Source of the DNA: Octopus vulgaris | Taxonomy: Eukaryota | Length of the DNA stretch: 64,000 nucleotides | Assembly: GCA_951406725.2 (NCBI GenBank) | Contig: OX597828.1 | Coordinates: 56,482,001 to 56,546,000, forward strand | Direction: 5' to 3' | In this document: in pieces, positions 52,708 through 64,000 of the stretch | Numbering within the stretch: position 1 is the first letter of the stretch | Layout of the letters: each line of letters starts with the position of its first letter | Program-made: the position numbers and the translations under genes | Notes under the pieces: generated by a model | What the model was told of the DNA's origin: nothing | The model's database searches: none | Seen by the model: the letters and a program-made list of their open reading frames with translations, nothing else

Positions 52708-53505
52708 TTGGGTTGGCAACTAAGGTGGCGCTATTTTTCTTACATTTTGGAATTTATTGCGTTTTAAATTTTCGAGAATTCTGTTTTTGAATCATTTTGG
52801 AATCTATTTTGCTTTGTTTTGTTGTTCTAGTTAATTTTAGTTAATTTTTGTTTATTTTCAGATCACAAAAAATGGAATGTCAACTTAACAAAAACGAGCA
52901 TTTTCCAAATCTCATACTTTTTCCTTTTAATCAAGGCTCTAAGGCCGCAAAAGCCGCTCGCGAGATTTGTGCTTTGTATGGAGAAGTTCCCATAGCTGAA
53001 AGAACCGCTCGTGATTGGTATGCCAAGTTCCAAAATGGAAATTTTGACCTGAAACACGCACCTCGTTGTGGCCGTCCAGTTTTAGTTCGTGGAAGAGCGA
53101 TTAAACCAACTTTTGCACGAAAATTCTCGTCAAACTACAAGGGAACTTGGCAGAGAAAATGGAATGCTCCCACACTGCTATAGAGAAGCATCTTCACTCG
53201 ATGGTAAAGGTGTAGGAGTATGGAGCACGGGTTCTGCATGCTGTAAGTGACAACAACAAAAGTCAACGAGTCACAATCACAGTTGGTTTGCTCACCTTCT
53301 CTGCTCAATTCATGGACACAAGCAACGATTTCTTTACCGAATCTTTACTGGCGACGAAAACTGGTGCCTGTACATCAATATGAAGCAGTGTAAGGAATGG
53401 CTCAGCCCCGGTAAACAAGCGACACCGCGCGTGAAACAAGATCTTCATCCGCGTAAAGCGATGTTGTGCGTATGATGGGACTAGGAAGGGATTATCCATT
53501 ACGAA
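52708..53505 (+). mobile_element. 3'-truncated mariner transposon
   Basis: TA followed by TIR-like TTGGGTTGGCAACTAA. MECQLNKNEHF...FNQGSKAAKAAREIC...PRCGRP and RIFTGDENWCLY. Confidence 0.88.
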
Positions 53506-54169
53506 TAAAACAATTCCAGTCAGTTTCAAAGCAACAGATAGGAAGAGAAAGAGAGAGAGACAGAGAGAGACATCGTTGTGGACTATCCGACACTTTCTAT
53601 CTGTCTATCTGCCTCTTTCTCTAGGCATATGTTTGTGTATGTGCGTGCATGTATGTGTATGTGTGTATGTTTATGATTGTGCGCGTTGCCATTTTGAATT
53701 CCTTTCTGCGACTGACCTTAAACTGCTATTAAAGGCCCAAACACACACACACACATACACACGTTTGTTTTAACCCATTTCAACTGCAGCCATACACCAA
53801 AAAAAATAGTGTTTTGCTCCAAAATTTAAATTTTGAATTTGTTTTCATTATCTTACACCTCAGCTAAAATACATCTTTTGGCTCTTCGGAATGCAACGTT
53901 GTCTTTTTTGTTTCTATACTTTTTAAGTTAGAATTTCTGGCTCATTTGTTGATGTGTCATCATTACACATCCACATTACACCTTTAAGATCGGGAAATCA
54001 GTTAGGGGCCCGATGGATATCTTTCGGCATACCAGAAAACCATACAATCACACCAGCATCACCACTATCTCAAAGCCCGTCATATATATTTACTTATGCA
54101 TGCATGTATGTATGTATGTATGCATATATGTATGTATGTATATATATATATGTATGTATGTATATGTTT

Positions 54170-54690
54170 GTGTGTTTGTGTCTGTTTGTCCTACCACTAC
54201 CATTGCTTGATAACCGATGTTGGTGCTTTTGCGTCCCTGTAATTTAGCTGTTCAGCAGAAGAGACTGATAGAATAAGCATCAGGCTTACAGGGACCAAGA
54301 CCAGAGGTCAATTTCTTCCACTAAAGGATGGTGCTCCAGCATGGCCACCGTCAAATGCTTAGCAGTATTTTTGCTCCAACTTCAAATTCCGTCGACGTGA
54401 ACCTTGTCGTTCATTATTTCGGGATCAATAAGATGAGTGCCATTTGAGCACTCGTGTCCATGCCATCGTAAACCATTCATCTTGAAGGCGTTGTGTCTTT
54501 TGTAGAAAGGTTCATTATTATTGTCAATGCAGTAAGCTAAAATTATCGTTAGATTGTCGGAGAAATGCTTAGCTGTATTTATTCCGGTTGCTTTTAGGTC
54601 CTGAGTTTTAATATCGCTCAAATGAACTTTGCCTTTCATCCTTTCGGGGGTCGATGAATCAGAGAACAAGTCAAATGTTGGAGACACTAA
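54170..54690 (+). mobile_element. Cluster of decayed SINE B and SINE A fragments
   Basis: SINE B 3' part at 54170-54355. SINE A bodies at ~54355-54450 and ~54530-54690. Confidence 0.65.
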
Positions 54691-55487
54691 ATCGGGAAGC
54701 GTAATTACTATACATATAGATTGCTGTTTTGGGCAAAGAACAACACATAATAAATATATTTAGAAAACTTACGATAAGAAGTGTCCTATATTTCCTGTGG
54801 TTTTAGTTAATTAGTCCCTACTCTTTCCTAGCTGGATGACCCGTGTTATCAGTATCAGAAGCTTTATCTAACTTGACGTGCGAAATATGAGAAAAACTGA
54901 AAAGTTACACACGAACGAGCGCTAATACACGAGAAACACATGTGCATTAGATTTTCTGTCACTGGCAATATTACATGTTGCGCTCATTGCATTATGAACA
55001 CGTTCACAATCAGAAAAGATTGGTATTCGAACATATTCCTATATAACGTGGTTAACGTTCATTTTTTGATGATTTTCTTTTTCTTTTATTTTGTTCCACT
55101 AAATTCCTAGCAAAGTTCATCATTAGATCAACATGTTGAGATTGCTTGCTCATTCACCGACAACCCCGCCCTATAAGCATTATATGCTATCAGTAGTGTG
55201 CAATGACATGTACACATGCGCGTGAGTTTGTATATGTGTGTGTAAGAAAGCAAGTGTGTTATATATGTTTGTGTGTATGTCTGTGTGTATTATGTGTATG
55301 CGTATGTATGTAATATAAATTGCACTTCATATTTCAACCTTTGATGCAGCTATAAAATGTTACTCAAGCACTCAACGATAGGCCAACTACATTTCATAGC
55401 GGAGACAGCTATGTTTATGAACATCATCGTTTATTCCTTTGCCAAACATATACTGTTATATAAATATCTGTGTGTATTATACATACA

Positions 55488-55906
<419 letters not shown>

Positions 55907-56082
55907 CCAACTTCACGGGAGGAGGTGCAGATGAGGGCAGATGCATCGAACTCTCTCAGGCACCAAATGGCAGTTGCTAAAAAGCATTCGTGAAGTAAAA
56001 CAATGTAGCAACACCAAATGGCGGTGCCCCAGCATGGCCACAGCCCATGAGCTGAAACTAGAATCAATCAATCAATCAATCA

Positions 56083-56136
<54 letters not shown>

Positions 56137-57013
56137 GTGTGTATAGGTTCATTATATACAGGAAAATAGTATAGTTCATTCTCAGGTGGCCGGTACCCAA
56201 TATGTCATAACTTCTTCAGTAGTATCGTTTGCATGTCTGAAATTAATGAAAATAATATGATTCTTACAGCCTAAGATGAAAGGAAATAAACGTATGATTA
56301 TTTGAAGTGGCACTGTTCCTGTTACAATATCTATTACTTTAATAGAGTATCTTCTCATGGAAACTTAATAAGGGATGCTGATATTTTCAAATATTTGAAA
56401 TATATAAATGAAATACAAATATATCGTATTTTCCATGACGTAAACTGAACCAAATCTAAATAGATGCGATATGCAATAGATGTACTTTTCAATCGTTTTA
56501 TATTTTAGTTACACATTATAGATTTACTTGAAAGATTGTGATAATCTGAAAGTCATGGGAAGGTACTCGTTCAGATATCATGCAGATATAAAAACAAAAA
56601 AGAAACAGACAAACAGTGTTATACCCTTCTTCACTTTATAAGAAAACAGAGAAAAAATTTTGAATCAAAATTGTCCAAAAATATTTTATGATTGAAGTAA
56701 AAATGTTTGTGTGCATATGGGAACAGTGTATGAATGCATTTTATAATACGAACAATTACTGCATCCAGTATCTATAAAAACGTTGTTCATCTATATTTGT
56801 TTGTACAGGCATTTTCTTTTTGGATGGGATTTAACACGTATATTACCTAAGCAAGCAAATATATTGCAACAAACCTGTTTCCTAACCTCACCGAAAAAAT
56901 ATTTTTAAAATGTATAGCCATCTTTCGAAACAACATTGGTTTATTAGTTTCTAAAAGTTTGGCAAACTACATTAATTCTGTGGGCACGTGGTTTTCTTTT
57001 CTGAGATAAAATA

Positions 57014-58279
57014 TGAGGTCATCCCATAAGTTCTGACCGATTCTTTAAATTGAATGAAATTTAATAGTATTTTAGAATGTCTAATGGAATTAAAAATTAT
57101 TTTTATGCATTTGTGTACATTTAAACTAATAAAATATTTGTTTACAGAATAATAGAATTAAAATTTCTGTGATTAAAACCCTTTCTAACATGGAAGTATC
57201 CAAAGAGCATTTAAGATACATAATGCCTTATGAGTACAAAAAAGGAAACTCTGCAGCCGCCGCGACTCGAAACATACACTCAGTTTATGGGAAAGGATGC
57301 TTGAATGAATGAAATTGCAGAATATGCTTTGCAAAATTCAGATGTGGAGATTTCAGCCTTGAAGATGAAGACCGAACAGGATGTCCAGTTGAGGTTAAGG
57401 ATAAGCGCCTTGAGACATTACTTGAAGAAAATCCTGCATTATCATTTGAAGAATTGGCAACAAAGCTTAGTTCAAACCATACAACTGTTCATCATCATCT
57501 TGAACAATTTACAAAGGTTCTTAAACTTGGAAAATATGTACCTCATGAATTGTCTGAAAGCAACCGCAAATCCCGAGTTGACATCTTCTCTTCTCTCCAT
57601 TCTCGCGAACTCATATTACCCGTGTGACTGGTGACGAAAAATAGATCTTCTATCGCAATGTTAAACGTCGTAAACAGTGTTTTGATAAAAGGGAAAATGC
57701 TCAACCACAACCGAGAAGGGATCTTCATGGGAAAAGGTTCTTTTTTCTCTCTGGTGGGATTGCGGAGGAGCGATTCACCTTGAATTGTCACCACCTAATG
57801 CAACAATACAAGCTCAAGTCTACTCTCAGCAATTAGAGCGTTTGAACCAAGCTTTGAATAAAAAAAGACCCGCTTTAATGAATCGAAAAGGAGTGGTGTT
57901 TCATCAGGACAATGCGCGACACCACAATTTCAAAGATCACATCACAGAAGATCGAAGTGCTTGGTTGGGAATATATCCCTCATCCACCTTAATCTGCCGA
58001 CCGTGCTCCTTCAGACTACCATTTGTTTCGTAGTTAACAGAATCATTTGGGAGACACAACTCTCGCAAGCCAGGAGGAGTTCGAAACTGACATTTCAGAG
58101 TTCTTTGCTTGAAACCAAAAGAGTTTTACATTGATGGGATTAAAATGCTAGTAAATAGATGGAAGGAAGTTATAGATAATCAGGGTAAGTACACTGGTGA
58201 TTAAATTTCAATTAAATATGACATTTGATCACTTATTTTCTTTATTCAAAATTCAGACAGAACTTATGGGATAACCTGA
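57014..58279 (+). mobile_element. Full-length decayed mariner transposon
   Basis: TIRs TGAGGTCATCCCATAAGTTCTGACCGA / TCAGACAGAACTTATGGGATAACCTGA with TA flanks. Transposase from ATG 57190 (MEVSKEHLR) to ~58203, with VTGDEK, VFHQDNAR and PSDYHLF; multiple lesions. Confidence 0.92.
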
Positions 58280-60419
58280 TATTATCGTGCATAATCACCA
58301 TAACTTTTGTAATGGCTAAATTTAAAAGTGAAAATGATTGAAAGAAGGTTGAATTAACATTCACATTCAAAGAAATGTGACTTGTAATTGCTTTTATGGG
58401 TCAGTCAGTTTTTCACAATTCTCGTGGTCTAATTTTCCAAACATATCAATAATACTTTGGTATGAAAGTAGAGTAACACGTATGCAATGACACTTTGTCT
58501 TTTGTGATGTTAAACACAACTCAACACCGCAAGTCCAAAGAAGAAAAACTATGACAGTTCCTCAAAGTATTACCTTGAGGTTTATTTGTACATTGATTTT
58601 CAATTTACTGGAAAATTTAATATTTTCTATAACTTGTCCACGAAACGCAAATTATCTTTCATCGATGCAATTATACTTAAAATAGTTGGAGTATTTCTTT
58701 TATTTTTGTTAATATATTTTTACGAAATTCTCGAGCTCTCCATTAGTCATGCGAAATAAGATTATCTTTATCCGTTTTATTCCATTATACTTCAAGTTAT
58801 CCTTTTTCCTTTTTTTCTGTGAAATGTTTATATGATAAACAGATATGCAACGCAGACTCATGGTCGTCTTGCATTTTTCGTTCATTGCTTATTGTCATAT
58901 TTTATTTATTTTTTAAATATTTTTTTAGTTTCACATAAAAATATTCTGTTACTTTCTTGTAAAACAACTGACTTATGTTATTAGTACATCTGATACAATT
59001 TCTGTAACACGAAGTAGTGCTTTGCATCCAGGCTTTCATTTATAGCAAAAAGACTAAAAGTGCTAATAAAGGTTAATATAAAAAAATGTGAGTCAATACG
59101 AGTCTTTCAGAATCATAGCTATAGTACCAAACTGGTCTCCATCTTACATCCTGGTATAGTACGAAATGAAACAAGTTAACATTTGATAGTGTAATCTAAA
59201 ATACGATGAACTGATCATGATTGCAAGGTAAGAATGAACCAAACAAATCCTTTCTTTAAACACTACTAAATTTCGACGATCAACAGAGACAATAATACGT
59301 CTCTGATATGCCATGAGAGTGCAGAATCTACAGAGATTTCTGTCAGTTAGCGGTAGATGCAATTCATTTGTAACTATTATGATAGAGAATAGCCTTGAAT
59401 AAAGTAACATCAGGCTTGGCCAGTAAGCATACACAATCTTCTACCAATCGGGCAATATAGTCCATGGAATTCTTACTTAAGAAATCTATAGAGAACTTGT
59501 AGTGTCGACTTACCTCTACCGCCTCTGACTGTTGGACTGCACAACAATAAGTTACTGATTTAATTTCCTAGCTTTTCAATACTAGATGAGGCATTGGCAG
59601 TTACAGGCGCGAATTGCAACCGTCCTGGCTTATATGTCTTTCTCTTTTGGTACCGAGGTGTGTTGCTCTGTGAGGATTTGTCTAATACAGGTGATTCGTG
59701 TAAGAGAACATTTACCAGATACGTCTAATGGACATAACACCGTTCCTACGTTTGCTTGAAAAGATAGACGACCTAGCACTGTCTGATCATTACAGCTAGA
59801 CGAATTTGAGTAATGATCACATCTGAAAATACTCATCGATATTTTAATGTTCTATTTGAGAAGAAGGCAAGAGTAAAGAGTGATGAGATTACTTCAGGTG
59901 ATTCAACAGAATGGGACTATACACATTGTTTTCATATGCGCTGACAATTACAGACTGGCGAACGTACTTAGCCTTGGCACTCAAAGAACCAGTATGCTGT
60001 AGAGTTCTTTCCGTTATACTTTGATCGTTGTCTATATATTGCTGATTAAATCTGATGTTTGTTATTACTTTTACCTATTTTCATTTAGTTGAAAACTGAC
60101 TGTAAATCCAAAGCGGTGGAATAAGAGGAAAGTTAAATCGTCGAAAAAAGAAGGACTTGATATATTCAAACCCATTACGTTCTGACCTCAGAATCTGCAA
60201 CTGCTGCTCATAGCAAAAAAAGCCCTCAGTGTTTAATGCAGAAATAATTTACAAATAAAATCGGTCCAACTACCAAGGCTTCGAAACGAAATTTCTGGTT
60301 TTGCTTCTCTCAGGATAATTATTATGCGCGTAACAGATTCCGCTTTCTCATTGCATACCCTGCACTTAGCACTTTTCTCAGTTTGTCTATTTTCGCACTT
60401 ATGATATTCGTCCGCCAGT

Positions 60420-60570
60420 AAGTCGGTGAGGCGGCAGAATCGTTAGCTGCATTACAACTGCCTTTATGTTGTGTTCAAATTCTGCCGAAATTCACTTTGC
60501 ATTTCCTCTTTTCGGGGTTGATAACATAATTACCAGTTGAATTTTGGTGGGGGAGGAAAGGTCAGTTTAA
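60420..60570 (+). mobile_element. Decayed SINE family A copy
   Basis: GGTGAGGCGGCAGAATCGTTAGC...GTTCAAATTCTGCC...TTTCGGGGTTGATAA. Confidence 0.65.
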
Positions 60571-63500
60571 TCTATAAGGAAACCCTTATCTATATATTAA
60601 TTCCATAAGTAAGAATTAATTACGCTGTCACATGTTTAACTGAAGGGCGAGCCAAGGAGCGAAAGGAAACGAAGGAAAGAGATGTCCTAACGATGAGAAA
60701 TCTGGGGGAATTAATGATTACTAGAAACTTACATGAAGGGAGAGATGTACAACGATTTTGAAATACAATGTTTAGCAAAGAAGTGATGTTCTAGTGGTGA
60801 GATTCTCAGTGAGAATCTGAACGTCTGCGATGTCGGTGGGGGGAAAGAGCTTGACGGAGATGAGCTTAGAGCGGTGAAAGTGTTCTAAACGCACTGGTCT
60901 AGTCCCCGAGCTTTGTTGAATCGGGGATATATGTCAAATACTGGCTATCACGTGTGAGACGGATCCGGCTCTGGGATGAAACCATTGTGAAGATTGTCCC
61001 GTCACCTTCCTTTGGCTGGGAAGTACCGGCAGTGTTTCTTTATTTCGCGGCCTGAACGAAAGAGATTGTGTAGTGGACCAGATTGAAATTTCATCAAGTT
61101 TGACTTCAGAATGAAAGGGAAGATGTATAAGGAAATTCTGCCTCCCAGTAACTTTTTTAGACGTTGAAAAATGGTCTGAGTGAACGGACTGAGTGAATTA
61201 TCTCAGTAAACTATTCTAGTGATGCGTTTGTAGGGTGGCAGAAGACGATGTGGGGTGGCACTTGCCCTGGTTGTCAGGATGACCGTGGTTTTGTGACCAC
61301 GAGCCACCCTTAAAAGTCTCCCTCTTTTAAGGAATTATTCATTGTTATAATTATATATCGTTTTTATTTTTACTGTTTGCACGCCTTTTGTACAACTCCA
61401 CATTGCTTTGTGTTTTACCGTCCCCAGTGGTTTTTTGTGAACCCTTTATGATTAATAGCTAAAATATTGCTAATAGAGAATGTTATAAAAGGAGGTTAAT
61501 TTAAGAATACCGTCATTCATGTTGCGTTATTTTATACAATTTTGGAAGGAAGAAATCTGGTGCTGAAAGTGTATTATGTATTAGATGGCATTAGTTAATA
61601 TCAAGCTTACATTTAATCACATGAAGATGAAATATATGCTTGTGTAACTTTAAAATAATTATAAAGCAAGCTGAAAAATGAAATATACTAAATGTACACT
61701 GGGGTAACATGGAATATTTTATTTCATTTTGGAAGTGATGAATGCGTATTTAGACGATGCCGTAGAAACAGTAATACCATAGTGTAAAGTGGAGTCATGT
61801 AACAGACGTGCAATATCTAAGAAATAAAACAAGAGAAACTTCTTACTGACAGACATTTAATCTCTATATTAAAACAGATTTTAAAGTAAAAGTAAGCAAT
61901 TTAAAAAAAAATTAATAAATAGTCTCAATAAAAGCACCTTCAGAGTTACCCCATTTCTCATGGCACCAGCTGACAAAATGGAAACGGTGTTGTCCTGGAG
62001 AAGAGCATGGGAAATGTGCTGTTGATAGCCATATCAGCGCCGATAGCGGTGAGCAGGGATATATATTAGAGACTGTTTAGAATGCTGCAATTATATTAAT
62101 ATGAAAGGGTTAATGTTTGAATTATGTATCAATCTGTGGCAAAATCTTGTTTCGAATATATTCTATTAAACTTCTTCAAAATGATTCAAATAAGTAATTA
62201 GTAAACTTGTAATTTGCGTCCACATTGCAAAAGTTTTCAATAGAAATATTTTTCATTATGTAGGTATATCGTAAAGGATATATAAAATATCATTAATTAT
62301 GGCCCAACTGAAATTATTTCAAACTTTCCCATTTCCTCATTATTATCTGAAACACAAATAATTTTGAAACGACAGTCGGGAATTGAAATTCATGTTTTGC
62401 TATCATTCTTGTTAGTCATGGTCGATCTGAAACGATATTTATTTGTTCATCAATTCCCAAGCAAATGTACCTTCTAATTCAAATATCCCCTATTATTCTT
62501 CCGTGATAAATTACGTATTAAATAGAGTAAGAAATTATTACTTAATATGTCATATTTGTGATGTATAAATCCCAAAATGTTTGCTTGGCCTTTCATACAA
62601 AGTTATGACTTGTGAAATAAGTTTACAAGGAGAACAATAAAGCGCTGGGATGATAAGCAGCAGATTCAGGCATACAATTATTACAACTAAATTTAATCAA
62701 TTTTAAGTGATACTGTCCATAACAAAAATAAAATCTTTAACAAACACCACTGAAATATAGAAGGGGAACTAGAATAATCTGTTTGGTATTTCGTAGATAT
62801 TGAATATGTTTTCAATATATATCCCTTTCGTTTGTATACATCCGGTACAAATTGAATTTAAAAATTCTGACTTTCAAATTGTTTCTATGTTAAAGTGTGA
62901 GTTAAAATATGAAAAACTTTCAGTGGATTCATTTTCAAAATGCTTGTATATACTTGTGTATATGAATATATACGGGTGGTCTTCGAAATTACGTGACGTT
63001 ATGTGAGAAACCTCGGTTTTTCAATATGCCACTTCACATTTAACAATGGGTTTAATTTAAAGTTGCTATAATGTTCGGTGTTAGAAAGTTTCTCTATGCC
63101 ACATGTCATAAATAGATATTGACGAAGTTGATGATGCAGGCAATGCAACTTGTGCGATTAGATATATCATAAATATAAAGTATTTGCTTCTCATTCATTA
63201 AAAAGTATTGTGACTCGTAATTGTATAGTATTCATGTTAGACATTCAAACAGATTTTTCCACCGTTTTTTTTATTCATATACAGATTGTTATTTCTGTGT
63301 GGGGACGCTAAACTGTAAATACAAAACATTGATTCACAGTGTCTGCAATTTCTTATCTGTGTTATTTCATATGCAAATAGCTGTAAATGACTAAGTCCAT
63401 TCCATTTATAAATTAGGTATATTAAATAATCAGTTTCACTAATTATATTGCTTCATCCACTTGCTTGATTAATTCACATACAAAGTGTAGAGTGAAAGAG

Positions 63501-63695
63501 GTTTTTACAAGAAGACGTCACCCAAATCAAACTTGGCCTGACTTATCTCATTTAAAAATATTGTTGATTATATTTCAATCTAATTAAAACTATTAGCCTA
63601 CAAATACAGGAAAAATATTGTGAATTGTGTTTATTTCATGGAAACTAGTGGTGAATTTGGAAATAGATTTCGTTTTATATATTTTAAAAATAAAA

Positions 63696-63897
63696 GGTGG
63701 CGAGCTGGCAGAAACGTTAGCACGCCGGACGAAATGCGTAGCCGTATTTCGTCTGCCGTAACGTTCTGAGTTCAAATTCCGCCGGGGTTGACTTTTCCTT
63801 TCATCCTTTCGGGATCGATGAATTAATTACCAGTTACGCACTGGGGTCGATGTGATAGACGTAATCCGTTTGTATGTCCTTGTTTGTCCCCTCTGTG
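63696..63897 (+). mobile_element. SINE family A copy
   Basis: GGTGGCGAGCTGGCAGAAACGTTAGCACGCCGG...GAGTTCAAATTCC; close match to 23039-23250. Confidence 0.9.
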
Positions 63898-64000
63898 GTC
63901 ATTTTGCCAGTTTAGCATTTCCTCCCACACTCACTAACTAAACATAGACACACATAGAAGTATACGCATGCGCAAATGAAGATACATACAAGAGGAATAC

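Overview
AT-rich, microsatellite-laden animal genomic DNA, dominated by transposable elements. The SINE families and repeat landscape resemble an octopus/cephalopod genome (inference from recalled repeats, not verified). The only clear host gene is a class A (rhodopsin-like) GPCR with an intron-free CDS and non-canonical motifs (44067-45053, minus). Other content: at least five decayed mariner transposons, a nearly intact 5'-truncated CR1-clade LINE, a decayed RTE LINE, a 5'-truncated R4/Dong-type LINE in (TAA)n, several Penelope-like (GIY-YIG) remnants and three tRNA-type SINE families. The most notable non-coding signals are hammerhead ribozyme motifs in pieces bounded by (TA)n. These comprise one canonical type I hammerhead, two long DNA palindromes built from hammerhead-bearing ends, and four copies of a variant core (CUGUNGA plus one extra purine) with a compensatory base-pair change. 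Also notable are a ~550-bp non-coding element embedded in (TAA)n beside the R4 LINE and an inverted pair of old SINE copies that share private mutations. Boundaries of decayed elements are approximate.
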